From the NCBI GenBank assembly GCA_963775445.1, contig CAVZIT010000007.1, positions 31,086 to 95,085 of the forward strand: a stretch of 64,000 nucleotides of DNA, given 5' to 3'. The notes below the pieces were generated by a model. That model was not told where the DNA came from, did no database searches, and saw only the letters and a list, made by a program, of their open reading frames with translations. The DNA comes from an uncultured Gammaproteobacteria bacterium. GTDB taxonomy: Bacteria > Pseudomonadota > Gammaproteobacteria > Xanthomonadales > Rhodanobacteraceae. Position numbers and translations under genes: made by a program. Below are positions 29,827 to 42,703 of the stretch, piece by piece (positions within the stretch are counted from its first letter, which is position 1; the number at the start of each line of letters is the position of its first letter).

Positions 29827-29959
29827 CGCACAAGAGCGGCCGCTCGATTGGACGCCCGGCTTGCGGCAGTGCAGCAGGCGCTGCTATCCTCCGCGGCCCG
29901 TTTGTCGAGTATCAGTGCCGCCCGCGGATGGTTATGGCGATGCGGCAGGGTAGCTGCGC

Positions 29960-30328
29960 GTGATCAATAGTTTGGCTGCAGGCCGCCGGGTCGCGGGATG
30001 GCTGATGTTGGCGCAAATCGCCAGCGCGCTGCTCGCAGGGGGGGTGTTTTCGCTCGCACAGGGCGAGCGGCCAGCGATTGCAGCCATGTGCGGTGGATTT
30101 GTGGTTGCAGCCGGGACCGCGGCAATGGCAGCGATCAGCCTTGGAGGCCACGTAGCCGACGGGGGCACGATGCTGAGCCGCATGCTGGTCGGCATGTTGT
30201 TGAAGTGGATCGTGGTGCTTGGCGGCGTGCTGCTGCTGATGCTGCACTGGCACTTGCCGGCGCCGGCGGTCCTGATCGGCATGGCGGTCGCCCTGCTCAT
30301 AAACCTGATTGCGTTGAAACGGTTCTGA
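29960..30328 (+). CDS. atpI: ATP synthase protein I-like membrane protein
   Basis: Four TM segments, LKWIVVLGG, immediately upstream of atpB. Confidence 0.7.
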   Translation: MINSLAAGRRVAGWLMLAQIASALLAGGVFSLAQGERPAIAAMCGGFVVAAGTAAMAAISLGGHVADGGTMLSRMLVGMLLKWIVVLGGVLLLMLHWHLPAPAVLIGMAVALLINLIALKRF

Positions 30329-30383
30329 TCTGACGGTCCGATCGGACCGGCGACAAGGATCAACGAAAACCGGATCACATTGA

Positions 30384-31604
<1,221 letters not shown>

Positions 31605-31642
31605 CCGATCCCCTACGCACGCGCTCCGCGAGGATTCAGACC

Positions 31643-32113
31643 GTGAGTCTCAATGCAACATTGATTGCCCAGATGATCACCTTCGGGATCCTCATCTGGG
31701 TCACGATGAAATTCATCTGGCCGCCGCTGGCTGCTGCCATGAATGAGCGCTCCAAGCGCATTGCCGAAGGCTTGAATGCGGCCGAACGCGCGCGCAAGGA
31801 ACTGGCCGCTGCCGACGCGCATGCGGCTGAGGAAATCAAGCAGGCTCGCGCCGATGCCGCGGCAATCCTGGACAAGGCGCACCAGCAGGCCAGTCAGCTC
31901 ATCGAGAAGGCCAAGCAGGATGCGGTTGACGAAGCTGATCGCCAGAAGGCCATCGCGCAAGCCGATATCGACAATCTCGCCAATAACGTACGCGAACAAC
32001 TGCGCGGTCAGCTCGGAGCGCTCGCCGTCGCTGGCGCAGAGAAGATCCTCAAGCGCGAGATCGACGCCAACGAACACCGCGCGCTGATCGACCAGCTGGC
32101 GGCCGAGATTTGA
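31643..32113 (+). CDS. atpF: F0 subunit b
   Basis: [11 protein letters not shown]...MKFIWPPL...[24 protein letters not shown]. Confidence 0.97.
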   Translation: MSLNATLIAQMITFGILIWVTMKFIWPPLAAAMNERSKRIAEGLNAAERARKELAAADAHAAEEIKQARADAAAILDKAHQQASQLIEKAKQDAVDEADRQKAIAQADIDNLANNVREQLRGQLGALAVAGAEKILKREIDANEHRALIDQLAAEI

Positions 32114-32114
32114 C

Positions 32115-32648
32115 ATGCAGCAGCCATTGACGCTGGCGCGGCCGTATGCGCGCGCAACCTTCGAGATCGCAGTGAAGGACGGCACACTGACCGAATGGAG
32201 ACGCAAGCTTGAATTCGCCGGCGCGATTGCCGCCGATTCGCGTGTGATCGCGCTCCTCGGTGATCCGCAGGTCGGCATGGAAGAACTGATCGGGCTGTTC
32301 CTGCCCGAGGGCGAGGCGGGTGATTCGCCGTTCGCAACGTTCATCACGCTGCTCGCGGAAAACGGTCGTCTGCGGACGCTGCCCGAGATCGCGACGCTTT
32401 ATTCAGTCCGGCAACACGAAATGCAACATGTTCTGCAAGTCAAGATCACCAGCGCCGCCCCGATCGATGATAGCGAACTCGCCAGATTGACCTATGCCCT
32501 GAAGCAGCGTTTCAAGTGCGACATCGAAATTGCCCGATCGGTCGATGCCGACCTGATCGGGGGCGCGATCATCGACGCCGGGGACGTTGTCATCGACGGA
32601 TCCGTGCGCGGTCGCCTTGCGCGACTGGAGACGACGCTGACGCAATGA
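32115..32648 (+). CDS. atpH: F1 subunit delta
   Basis: TLARPYARATFE, ENGRL, LIGGAIIDAGDVVIDGSVRGRL. Confidence 0.96.
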   Translation: MQQPLTLARPYARATFEIAVKDGTLTEWRRKLEFAGAIAADSRVIALLGDPQVGMEELIGLFLPEGEAGDSPFATFITLLAENGRLRTLPEIATLYSVRQHEMQHVLQVKITSAAPIDDSELARLTYALKQRFKCDIEIARSVDADLIGGAIIDAGDVVIDGSVRGRLARLETTLTQ

Positions 32649-32745
32649 AGTCGTAAGACGTGAAATGTGAAACGTCAGACGTGAGACGAAAAATTCCTGG
32701 CTACGCTTGTTTTTTTCGTCTGACGTTTGACATCTGACGTCTCAC
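32649..32745. repeat. Inverted array of 7-nt tandem units (atpH-atpA spacer)
   Basis: Left AGACGTG AAATGTG AAACGTC AGACGTG AGACGAA; right TGACGTT TGACATC TGACGTC TCAC (reverse complement). Confidence 0.75.
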
Positions 32746-32803
32746 CCAACGCCGGATACCGCGCGCAGCAATGCTGCGGCGCCCGACCCAAGAGAAACCA
32801 ATC

Positions 32804-34351
32804 ATGGCCACCACACTCAATCCATCCGAAATCAGCGACCTCATCAAGAGTCGCATCGAGAAGTTCAAGCTCACCGCGGACGCCCGCAACCAAGGCACGC
32901 TGACGAGCGTAGCGGACGGCATCGTGCGCGTGCACGGGCTGAACGACGTCATGGCGGGTGAAATGATCGAGCTACCGGGCGATACATTCGCGCTGGCGCT
33001 CAATCTCGAACGGGACTCGGTCGGTGCGGTGGTACTCGGTGACTACGAACACCTGAGCGAAGGCGAGACCGCCAAGACCACCGGACGCATTCTCGAAGTT
33101 CCGGTTGGTCCGGAACTGCTCGGCCGCGTTGTGGACGCGCTCGGTACCCCGATCGATGGCAAGGGTCCAATCTCGGCGACCGGCACCAGCCCGATCGAGA
33201 AAGTCGCTCCGGGCGTGATCTGGCGCAAATCGGTATCGCAACCGGTGCAGACCGGTTACAAATCGGTCGACGCAATGATTCCGATCGGTCGCGGCCAGCG
33301 CGAACTCATCATCGGTGATCGCCAGACCGGCAAGACCGCGCTCGCGGTCGACGCGATCATCAACCAGAAAGGCACCGGCATCAAATGCATCTACGTCGCG
33401 ATCGGCCAGAAGCAGAGCTCGATCGCGAACGTGGTGCGCAAGCTCGAGGAAAACGGCGCACTCGATCACACCATCATCGTCGCCGCTTCGGCTTCGGAAT
33501 CGGCCGCCATGCAGTACATCGCGCCGTATTCGGGTTGCGCAATGGGCGAATACTTCCGCGACATCGGCGAAGACGCGCTGATCATCTACGACGACCTGAC
33601 CAAGCAGGCCTGGGCCTACCGGCAGATTTCGCTGCTGCTGCGTCGGCCGCCGGGACGCGAAGCGTATCCGGGCGACGTGTTCTATCTGCATTCGCGCCTG
33701 CTCGAGCGTGCCGCGCGCGTCAATGAAGACTACGTGGAGAAGGCTACGCAGGGTGTCGTCAAGGGCAAGACCGGTTCGCTCACGGCGCTGCCGATCATCG
33801 AGACGCAGGCCGGCGACGTATCCGCGTTCGTGCCGACCAACGTGATTTCCATCACCGACGGCCAGATCTTCCTCGAGACCGACCTGTTCAATGCCGGCAT
33901 CCGGCCGGCCGTGAACGCGGGTATCTCGGTATCGCGCGTGGGTGGCGCAGCACAAACCAAGATCATCAAGAAGCTCTCGGGCGGCATCAAGCTCGCGCTT
34001 GCGCAATATCGCGAACTCGCCGCATTTGCGCAATTCGCCTCGGATCTCGATGCATCGACCCGTGCACAGCTCGAGCGTGGGCAGCGCGTCACCGAACTGA
34101 TGAAACAGAAGCAATATGCGCCGCTGTCGATCGCCGAGCTCGCGGTGTCCTTGTTCGCCGCCGAAAACGGCTATCTGGACGACCTCGAGATCGCAAAAAT
34201 CCTTCCGTTCGAAGCGGCGCTCCACGAATACATGCAAAACGAGCATGCCGAGTTGATGCAGAAGATCGTCGACAGCGGCGACTGGAACAAGGAATTCGAA
34301 GGCGCGTTCAAGAGCGCGCTGGATGAGTTCAAGAAAACTGGAAGCTGGTAG
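32804..34351 (+). CDS. atpA: F1 subunit alpha
   Basis: [15 protein letters not shown] Walker [24 protein letters not shown]. Confidence 0.98.
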   Translation: MATTLNPSEISDLIKSRIEKFKLTADARNQGTLTSVADGIVRVHGLNDVMAGEMIELPGDTFALALNLERDSVGAVVLGDYEHLSEGETAKTTGRILEVPVGPELLGRVVDALGTPIDGKGPISATGTSPIEKVAPGVIWRKSVSQPVQTGYKSVDAMIPIGRGQRELIIGDRQTGKTALAVDAIINQKGTGIKCIYVAIGQKQSSIANVVRKLEENGALDHTIIVAASASESAAMQYIAPYSGCAMGEYFRDIGEDALIIYDDLTKQAWAYRQISLLLRRPPGREAYPGDVFYLHSRLLERAARVNEDYVEKATQGVVKGKTGSLTALPIIETQAGDVSAFVPTNVISITDGQIFLETDLFNAGIRPAVNAGISVSRVGGAAQTKIIKKLSGGIKLALAQYRELAAFAQFASDLDASTRAQLERGQRVTELMKQKQYAPLSIAELAVSLFAAENGYLDDLEIAKILPFEAALHEYMQNEHAELMQKIVDSGDWNKEFEGAFKSALDEFKKTGSW

Positions 34352-34439
34352 CGAACGGCAGGCACAACGATCATGACGAAGCACAGCGTGCGCGGGACGA
34401 TCGAGTCTGCGCCAGAATCGACGAGAGGCTGAAACAGAC

Positions 34440-35303
34440 GTGGCTGGCGCACGGGAAATCCGCACCAAGATCAAGAGTGTGCAAAACATGCGCAAGGTCA
34501 CGCGTGCGCTCGAGATGGTATCGGCGTCGAAGATTCGCAAGGCGCAGGACCTGATGCGCGCATCCCGCCCGTACGCGCGATTGATGCGACAGATGATCGG
34601 CCATATCGCGCATGCGACGACCGAGTACAAGCATCCCTTCACGATCGAACGTCCCGAGATCAAGCGGGTCGGCTATCTGGTGGTCTCGACCGATCGCGGC
34701 CTTTGCGGCGGCCTAAATGCCAATCTGTTCCGCGCGCTGCTCGCGGAAATTCGCGGTTGGCAGGACCGCGGCGTCGAGGTCGACGTTGTGTGCGTCGGCA
34801 CCAAGGCCAATTCATTCTTCAAGCGGCTCGACGTCAAGCTGGTCGGCAGCGCGAGTCATCTGGGCGAGCGTCCGCAAATCGCGCAACTGATCGGCGTGAT
34901 CAAGGTCATGCTCGATGCCTACACCGAAGGCCGCATCGATCGCCTGAATCTCGCTTACAACGACTTCGTCAACACGATGTCGCAAAAGCCCTCGATCAAC
35001 CAGTTGCTGCCGCTGCCGCCATCGAAGGCGATCGAGAGCGCGTACGCCTGGGATTATCTGTACGAACCGGATGCCGAGACCGTTCTCGAACATGTGCTGA
35101 CGCGTTATGTCGAGTCGCTGGTGTACCAGGCGACGCTGGAGAATCTCGCGAGCGAACATGCCGCGCGCATGGTCGCGATGAAGAGCGCGTCGGATAACGC
35201 GACCAAGACCATCGATTCGCTCACGTTGATCTACAACAAGGCGCGTCAGGCTGCGATCACTCAGGAAATCTCGGAAATCGTCAGCGGCGCGGCGGCTGTA
35301 TAG
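34440..35303 (+). CDS. atpG: F1 subunit gamma
   Basis: [45 protein letters not shown]. Confidence 0.98.
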   Translation: MAGAREIRTKIKSVQNMRKVTRALEMVSASKIRKAQDLMRASRPYARLMRQMIGHIAHATTEYKHPFTIERPEIKRVGYLVVSTDRGLCGGLNANLFRALLAEIRGWQDRGVEVDVVCVGTKANSFFKRLDVKLVGSASHLGERPQIAQLIGVIKVMLDAYTEGRIDRLNLAYNDFVNTMSQKPSINQLLPLPPSKAIESAYAWDYLYEPDAETVLEHVLTRYVESLVYQATLENLASEHAARMVAMKSASDNATKTIDSLTLIYNKARQAAITQEISEIVSGAAAV

Positions 35304-35399
35304 GTGCGATCGTCCGTGATCGCGAAAATCAAAAAGCGGCCATCCTTCGCCGCACCCTTCACCAACAGCACGGCTTCGGCCGCGCTGCGACACGTTTGA

Positions 35400-36851
<1,452 letters not shown>

Positions 36852-36855
36852 GAGC

Positions 36856-36936
36856 AGGGCTGAAAGCGAAGGGTCGAGGGCTGAAAAGCAAAAGGCCCGA
36901 AACCCGCAACGCTCCCGCGCTGCAGCCCTCAGCCCT
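36856..36936. repeat. Inverted array of 7-nt tandem units (atpD-atpC spacer)
   Basis: AGGGCTG AAAGCGA AGGGTCG AGGGCTG ... CAGCCCT CAGCCCT. Confidence 0.7.
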
Positions 36937-36954
36937 CATCGAGGTTGAAGAAAC

Positions 36955-37383
36955 ATGACCGTTACCACAATCCAATGCGACATCGTCAGCGCCGAGGAAG
37001 AAATCTTCCACGGCGACGCGCACATGGTCGTCGCGACGGGCGAAATGGGCGAGCTCGGCATTGCTCCGCGTCACGCGCCATTGATCACGCGCCTCAAACC
37101 AGGTCAGGTGCGGGTGTTGCTGGAGGACGGCGATGAGCAGTTTTTTTATGTCTCCGGCGGCATCCTCGAGGTGCAGCCCAAGGTGGTGACGGTGCTCGCC
37201 GATACCGCAGTACGCGCGAAGGATCTCGACGAGACCGCCGCGCGCCAGGCCAAGGAACAAGCCGAACGCATACTCGCCGACCGCAGCGACGCGATGCAGG
37301 TCGCGCAGGCACAGGTGCAACTCGCCCAGGCGATGGCACAGTTGCAGGCGCTCGATCGTTTGCGCAGGCAGATGAAGCACTGA
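36955..37383 (+). CDS. atpC: F1 subunit epsilon
   Basis: [35 protein letters not shown]. Confidence 0.97.
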   Translation: MTVTTIQCDIVSAEEEIFHGDAHMVVATGEMGELGIAPRHAPLITRLKPGQVRVLLEDGDEQFFYVSGGILEVQPKVVTVLADTAVRAKDLDETAARQAKEQAERILADRSDAMQVAQAQVQLAQAMAQLQALDRLRRQMKH

Positions 37384-37478
37384 GAATCGGAATGCGGATG
37401 TCGGCTCCAAAACGGAGCCGGTTTGCGTCATTGTGAAATTGGGCTAATGTTGCTCGCCACGTTTCGCTGGGAAATGCC

Positions 37479-38849
37479 ATGACCGCCGCTCCCCTGCACG
37501 TCATCGTTCTTGCCGCCGGTGCGGGCACACGCATGAAGTCGGCCAAGCCGAAGGTGCTGATGCCGCTGGCGGGCAGACCCATCCTTGCGCATGTCCTCGA
37601 TACGGCGCGCGCGCTGCAACCGGCGCGCATCCATCTGGTGCACGGACATCTGGGCGACCAGGTTCACGAAGCACTCACGGATCTCGGCGATATCGAGTGG
37701 GTGCACCAGCCCGAGCAGCACGGAACGGGACATGCCGTGCGCCTGGCCATGCCGGACATACCGGACGACGCGCGGGTGCTGGTGCTGTTCGGCGACGTGC
37801 CGATGATCGGTGTGGCCACGCTGCAAAAGTTGCTTGAGGTCGAAGCGCCGCTGGTTGTACTGACGGCAGAGGTCGACGATCCGCGCGGTTACGGCCGCAT
37901 CATTCTCGATACGCAGGGTGATCGTGTGCGAGCGATCGTCGAGGAGCGCGACGCCACGCCCGAACAGCGCGCGATTCGTTGCGTCAACAGCGGTGTGCTG
38001 ACAGCCGATGCGCGTCGATTGCGCGGCTGGATCGACAAGCTCACCGACAGAAACACCCAAGGCGAGCTGTACCTGACGGACATTTTTGCCGAGGCGGCTG
38101 CCGAGGGCGAAGCTGCCCGCATCGGCACCTGCAGCGAGCCGGAGGAAGTGCTCGGCGCCAACGACGCATGGCAACTGGCCGCGCTCGAGCGGCTTTACCA
38201 AGGGCTGCGCGCCCGCGCGCTCGGCAAATCCGGCGTGCGTCTGGCTGATCCGACCCGCTTCGACCTTCGCGGCGATCTGCGCGTCGGACACGACGTCGAA
38301 ATCGATATCGATGTGATACTCGAAGGCATGATCGAACTCGGCGACGACGTGCGCATCGGCCCGTTCTGCCACATCCGCAATTCACAGCTTGCCGCCGGGA
38401 CCGTGGTATTGTCGCACTGCAACCTCGACGGCGTCGTGACCCACGGCGCCTGCGTCATCGGACCGTTCGCAAGGCTCCGTCCGGGGACCGAACTCGCCGA
38501 AGCCACGCGTGTCGGCAACTTCGTCGAAATCAAGAATTCCAAGCTCGGCGCCGGGTCGAAGGCCAACCACTTGAGCTATCTCGGCGATGCGCGAATCGGC
38601 AACGAGGTCAACATCGGAGCCGGTACCATTACCTGCAATTACGACGGTGCGAACAAGCACACGACGCGCATCGAGGACGGAGCATTTATCGGGTCCAACA
38701 CCGCGCTGGTGGCTCCCGTTTCCGTAGGGCGCGACGCCACGATAGGCGCCGGTTCCGTTATCACCAATGATGCACCGGCCGATCAGCTCACCCTCGCCCG
38801 TGCAGTCCAGAGGAGCGTGCCTGCGTGGCAACGGCCTTCCAAGGATTGA
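37479..38849 (+). CDS. glmU: Bifunctional UDP-GlcNAc pyrophosphorylase/acetyltransferase
   Basis: LAAGAGTRMKS, GTGHAV, hexapeptide repeats, HLSYLGDA, GAGTITCNYDG. Confidence 0.97.
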   Translation: MTAAPLHVIVLAAGAGTRMKSAKPKVLMPLAGRPILAHVLDTARALQPARIHLVHGHLGDQVHEALTDLGDIEWVHQPEQHGTGHAVRLAMPDIPDDARVLVLFGDVPMIGVATLQKLLEVEAPLVVLTAEVDDPRGYGRIILDTQGDRVRAIVEERDATPEQRAIRCVNSGVLTADARRLRGWIDKLTDRNTQGELYLTDIFAEAAAEGEAARIGTCSEPEEVLGANDAWQLAALERLYQGLRARALGKSGVRLADPTRFDLRGDLRVGHDVEIDIDVILEGMIELGDDVRIGPFCHIRNSQLAAGTVVLSHCNLDGVVTHGACVIGPFARLRPGTELAEATRVGNFVEIKNSKLGAGSKANHLSYLGDARIGNEVNIGAGTITCNYDGANKHTTRIEDGAFIGSNTALVAPVSVGRDATIGAGSVITNDAPADQLTLARAVQRSVPAWQRPSKD

Positions 38850-39065
38850 CCGCGCATTCGGGACAGCGCGATGTTCAGGCGCTGCCGCAGTATCGATGAA
38901 CCTTGTTCAGTCGCGCACCGAGCGGTGCGGGCAACACGCGTATCTGCCCTCTGATTGCCGCCGCCGCGAATCGCATCCGCTCGGCAGATTACGCAAGCCC
39001 ATGGCAACAAGTGCGGCGACGCGACTCCCCCGGAAGACCCCATGGCAAAACGAACCGGGGTCGAT

Positions 39066-39830
39066 TCAGTCCGCAGACGGTGGGTCGATGACGATGGCGG
39101 GTGTCTTGCGTGCGCGTTGCCAGTCCGCCCACACATGCCCGCGCCGTATCGCCTTGGCGACCACGTGCGCGGTGATACGGCACAGGTCCTGCACCGGTCG
39201 AAAATGGCTGCGGCGGAATTCACCCGCGTAGCGCGATTCGATCGGCACGGCAACTGCCCTAACCCCGCGGCGACTGGCTTCGATGAGGATGTCGGCCTCG
39301 AACACAAATCCGTTCGGGCTCACCGTGTTCGCCAGCTCCAGCGCAGCGCGCGGGTAGTAACGCTGGCCGCTCTGAGTATCGAGCACGCGCTGGCCGCACG
39401 CGATCGAAATCCCCCAGTCGCCAAATTCATTGGCCCAGCGACGGATTCGTGGCTGACGCTCGCGATGGCGAAGTCGCGCGCCGATCACCATGCATTCGGG
39501 GTGCGCCGCAGCGGCCGCAAGCAGCCGTGGAATATCGCTCGCCGCATGCTGGCCGTCGCCATCCATCGTGATCACGGCATCGAAGCCGAGATCGAGCGCC
39601 TTGCGAAACCCGGCGCGCAGCCCGTCGCCCTTGCCTTGCGATTCGGCATGCCGGATCAGCGTGATGGGCAGATCGACGATCCGCTCGGCCGTGGCGTCGG
39701 TCGATCCGTCATCGATCACGATGACATTCGGGCATCGCGCGAGTGCCGACTCGACCACGCCACGAATCGCGCTTTCTTCGTTGAGCGCCGGAATCACGAT
39801 GGCGATGTGGCGCGAATCCGTGGAACTCAT
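39066..39830 (-). CDS. Glycosyltransferase family 2 (aryl-polyene cluster type)
   Basis: IVIPALNE, IDDGSTD, GKGDGL, MDGDGQH, DTQSGQRYYP. Confidence 0.88.
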   Translation of the reverse strand: MSSTDSRHIAIVIPALNEESAIRGVVESALARCPNVIVIDDGSTDATAERIVDLPITLIRHAESQGKGDGLRAGFRKALDLGFDAVITMDGDGQHAASDIPRLLAAAAAHPECMVIGARLRHRERQPRIRRWANEFGDWGISIACGQRVLDTQSGQRYYPRAALELANTVSPNGFVFEADILIEASRRGVRAVAVPIESRYAGEFRRSHFRPVQDLCRITAHVVAKAIRRGHVWADWQRARKTPAIVIDPPSAD

Positions 39831-40627
39831 CGTTCCACCTCGATGGTCAGCGCCGGCGCACCATCCCCCGCGAGCGTCACTTGGCCCGCGGTGTTTCCCG
39901 CGAGGAGCGCGAGCAGCGGCAGCGCGCTGGCAGCCATCGGGTTCGCAGCGGCCAGCGGCACGAGATGTTGTGGCAGCGCGGAGGCTGTCGTTTCATGCGC
40001 ATCGCAGCGCAATCGCAGGATAGCCAGCCCTGCGGTGTCGTCCGCCGGAGCCACGATGAGCGCCGCGCCGAACAGCGATGCGCTGGGCCACACATCGGCC
40101 AAGGGTCCGGGGCTGTGCGTATCGTAGGCGACCAGGAGTACGGGCGTCTGTTCGCACAGGGCCTGGGTCGCGGATTCGAGCAGGCCTGCCGCAAAGCTCA
40201 TGTGCGAAGCGCTGATTGCCGTTGATGGGGCGTGACATCCGCTGGCGATGCTCCAGTAGCCCGCCGCGGCGTTGTGCACGGAGTTGTGGAATCGCGTCGG
40301 TGACAGGTCCAGGGGATTTGCCGCCAGTGTTCTGCAAAGATAGTCGGTGACCGCCATATCACCCTCGATCGACGCAAATACGCTGGGCAGCGTGGCGGCG
40401 TCGCGCCCGGCCATGGCGCAAGCCTCGGCCGCGACATCGCAGGCCATTAATACACTATGCGGGGCGCGCCTTCGCTCCGCCTGCGCCAGCGCCGTTCCGC
40501 GCGGCCGTTCCGGGGCATCATCGACGCAGGCGGTCCCTCCGCGCAACACAGCCGCCGCGCGCGGCCAGCCTTTCAAGCCGGGAGCCCAGATCCCGACGCC
40601 TTCGACCACGACCGAAAGCGTCGTCAT
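39827..40627 (-). CDS. Ketosynthase chain-length-factor-like protein
   Basis: AERRRAP, SPTRFHNSVHNAAAGYWSI; no catalytic Cys seen; overlaps KS and GT ends (ATGA coupling). Confidence 0.85.
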   Translation of the reverse strand: MTTLSVVVEGVGIWAPGLKGWPRAAAVLRGGTACVDDAPERPRGTALAQAERRRAPHSVLMACDVAAEACAMAGRDAATLPSVFASIEGDMAVTDYLCRTLAANPLDLSPTRFHNSVHNAAAGYWSIASGCHAPSTAISASHMSFAAGLLESATQALCEQTPVLLVAYDTHSPGPLADVWPSASLFGAALIVAPADDTAGLAILRLRCDAHETTASALPQHLVPLAAANPMAASALPLLALLAGNTAGQVTLAGDGAPALTIEVER

Positions 40628-41826
40628 GCGCGCACATGCGCATTGCGCGCGAACGCCAAGGTGCAATTGCTGCCGCCGAAACCGAAGGAATTGGAGAGTG
40701 CGAAATCGATCCTTCGTGCCTCGGCGTTGAGCGCAAGGTGAGTGCGACACACGATTTCAGGCTCACTGGTGTTCAACGTGGCGGGAACAAGCTCTTGCTG
40801 CATGGCGATCAGCGTAATCACGGCTTCCACGATACCTGCTGCGCCGAGGGTATGTCCGGTCCAGCCCTTGGTCGAACTCGCACGCGTCGTCGCGGGAAAT
40901 ACCTCGGCCAGCAATGCGCCCTCGACCTCATCGTTCTTCGGTGTCGCGGTGCCGTGCAGGTTGATGTAATCGACGTCACCCGCCGCCAGTCCGCTGCGCG
41001 CCAGCGCGTCTTCGAGCGCGAGACGCGCGCCGAGTCCGTCCGGATGCGGTGTCGACATGTGGTGCGCATCGTTCGACTCGCCATAGCCGACAAGATGCGG
41101 CGCGCTGGCGTCGCCTTCGCGTTCGATTATTGCGAAGCCGGCGGCCTCGCCAATCGAAATGCCGGTTCGCGAAACGTCGAACGGTCGGCACGGTTCGCGC
41201 GCGACCAGTTCGAGCGCGTTGAAGCCGAACAGCACGCTGTCACACAGCGTATCGACGCCCGCCAGAATCGCCGCATCGGCGACACCCAGACGCATCAGGC
41301 GCTCGGCCTTGGCGAAAATCTTGGCGCTGGACGAGCAAGCAGTGGCCACCGTGACGCAAGGTCCGCGCGTGCCAAGTACGGCGCTGAGAAACAAGCCCAG
41401 AGAATGTGGAGTGTGCAGCGCCGGCCGGCGCAGCGCGGCGGGCATGCGTCCGTCTTCGAGCGATCGGTAGGCCTCTTCCGTAGCGCCGATGCTCGCAGTT
41501 GACGTACCGACGATGAGCGCGACCCGGTGGGCGCCATGACGCTCGATCGTCGCGCACGCGGCATCGAGAAAACCATCGGCATTGAGTCCAAGCCACGCGA
41601 GCCGGTTGTTTCGACAATCGTGCATCTGAAAACGGGCAGGCAATGCTTTCGTTTCGATGTCGCGCACGCGCCCGATTGCACACGCCAACGGCGTGCGGGT
41701 GAAGTCGTTGGCGGCAAGCCCGCCCGCCCCTTCGGAAAAGGTTCGCGCATGCTGGGCGCGACCCGTGCCGATGGCGGAAGTGGCGGTGTACGCCGCAATG
41801 GCGAGCGGATGAATACGGGAAGGCAC
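40624..41826 (-). CDS. Beta-ketoacyl-ACP synthase (aryl-polyene/xanthomonadin type)
   Basis: TACSSSAK (Cys), NLHGTATPKND (His), STKGWTGHTLGAAG (His), SNSFGFGGSN. Confidence 0.9.
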   Translation of the reverse strand: MPSRIHPLAIAAYTATSAIGTGRAQHARTFSEGAGGLAANDFTRTPLACAIGRVRDIETKALPARFQMHDCRNNRLAWLGLNADGFLDAACATIERHGAHRVALIVGTSTASIGATEEAYRSLEDGRMPAALRRPALHTPHSLGLFLSAVLGTRGPCVTVATACSSSAKIFAKAERLMRLGVADAAILAGVDTLCDSVLFGFNALELVAREPCRPFDVSRTGISIGEAAGFAIIEREGDASAPHLVGYGESNDAHHMSTPHPDGLGARLALEDALARSGLAAGDVDYINLHGTATPKNDEVEGALLAEVFPATTRASSTKGWTGHTLGAAGIVEAVITLIAMQQELVPATLNTSEPEIVCRTHLALNAEARRIDFALSNSFGFGGSNCTLAFARNAHVRA

Positions 41827-41995
41827 GCGTCGTCGAATCCGGCGAGGCTGTGCAATTATGCCACAGCCTGTCGTACTCGCCGGTCGATCCGCCCAAATGC
41901 AAACTCGCGAATCCGAATGGGCACAGCATCGTTCGCCGGCCGATCCGATGCCGCCCACTGCGACGTTACCCTTCCACGACAATCATATCGTGCCG

Positions 41996-42574
41996 TCATC
42001 GGGGAGCCTTGGCTTTCGTGTTGAGCGCCACCCAGTCCGCGAATTTGCCGATGAAATTGCGTAGAAACGTGAGGGTGCTCTCCGCAGTGACCCTGCCGCT
42101 TTCTTCATTCACCAGTTCCTGCACCTTGCCGATATAAACCTCCGGTTGCTGCAGTGTCGGCATGTCGAGGTAGGTCAGGGCCTGCCGCAGGTGGTGATTG
42201 GCGCCGAATCCGCCGGTGCTCGCGATCGACGCGCTCAGCACCCCGGCCGGTTTGCCGCTCCAGACGCTCTTGCCGTACGGACGCGAGCCCACGTCGATCG
42301 CGTTCTTGATCGCTGCGGGTACCGAGCGGTTGTGCTCCGGCGTAACGAACAAGGCGGCTTCGGCTTTCGCGATACGCTGGCGGAACGCGGCGTACTCGGG
42401 CGGGCTGCCTGCCGCGTCGAAATCCTGGTTGTAGATCGGCAATCGGCCGATCTCGACAATTTCCAGCGCAAGCCTTTTCGGCGCGAGATCAATCAGCGTG
42501 TTGGCGATCATGCGGTTGTACGATGCCTTGCGCAGGCTGCCAACCAGGACCACCACGTCTCTTGCATTGCCCAT
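41996..42574 (-). CDS. NADPH-dependent FMN reductase (ChrR/YieF-like)
   Basis: [40 protein letters not shown]. Confidence 0.9.
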   Translation of the reverse strand: MGNARDVVVLVGSLRKASYNRMIANTLIDLAPKRLALEIVEIGRLPIYNQDFDAAGSPPEYAAFRQRIAKAEAALFVTPEHNRSVPAAIKNAIDVGSRPYGKSVWSGKPAGVLSASIASTGGFGANHHLRQALTYLDMPTLQQPEVYIGKVQELVNEESGRVTAESTLTFLRNFIGKFADWVALNTKAKAPR

Positions 42575-42703
42575 GATTACTTTTTCCGTCCGGAATGGTG
42601 GCATGCGCACTGGCCGCGCTGCCGTATGTCGGGTAACTATAATCGTCCGTGCACGACTACGGCTGAATGCGCGCGCCGACCAAGATATGGGGACACGCAG
42701 CAA

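Larger units (their letters stand above)
28370..29830 (+). repeat. Tandem-duplicated cassette, copy B
   Basis: Homologous to 27110-28260; retains the intact MAPEG gene. Confidence 0.85.

Noticed and set aside
27110-29830. Duplication as an assembly artefact
   Set aside because: Copies differ at many synonymous sites and in spacers, and one lacks most of MAPEG, so the duplication is old and real
35335-35395. REP-like element in the atpG-atpD spacer (CCATCCTTCGCCGCACCCTTCACC)
   Set aside because: Degenerate, single copy in the window, no clear partner arm
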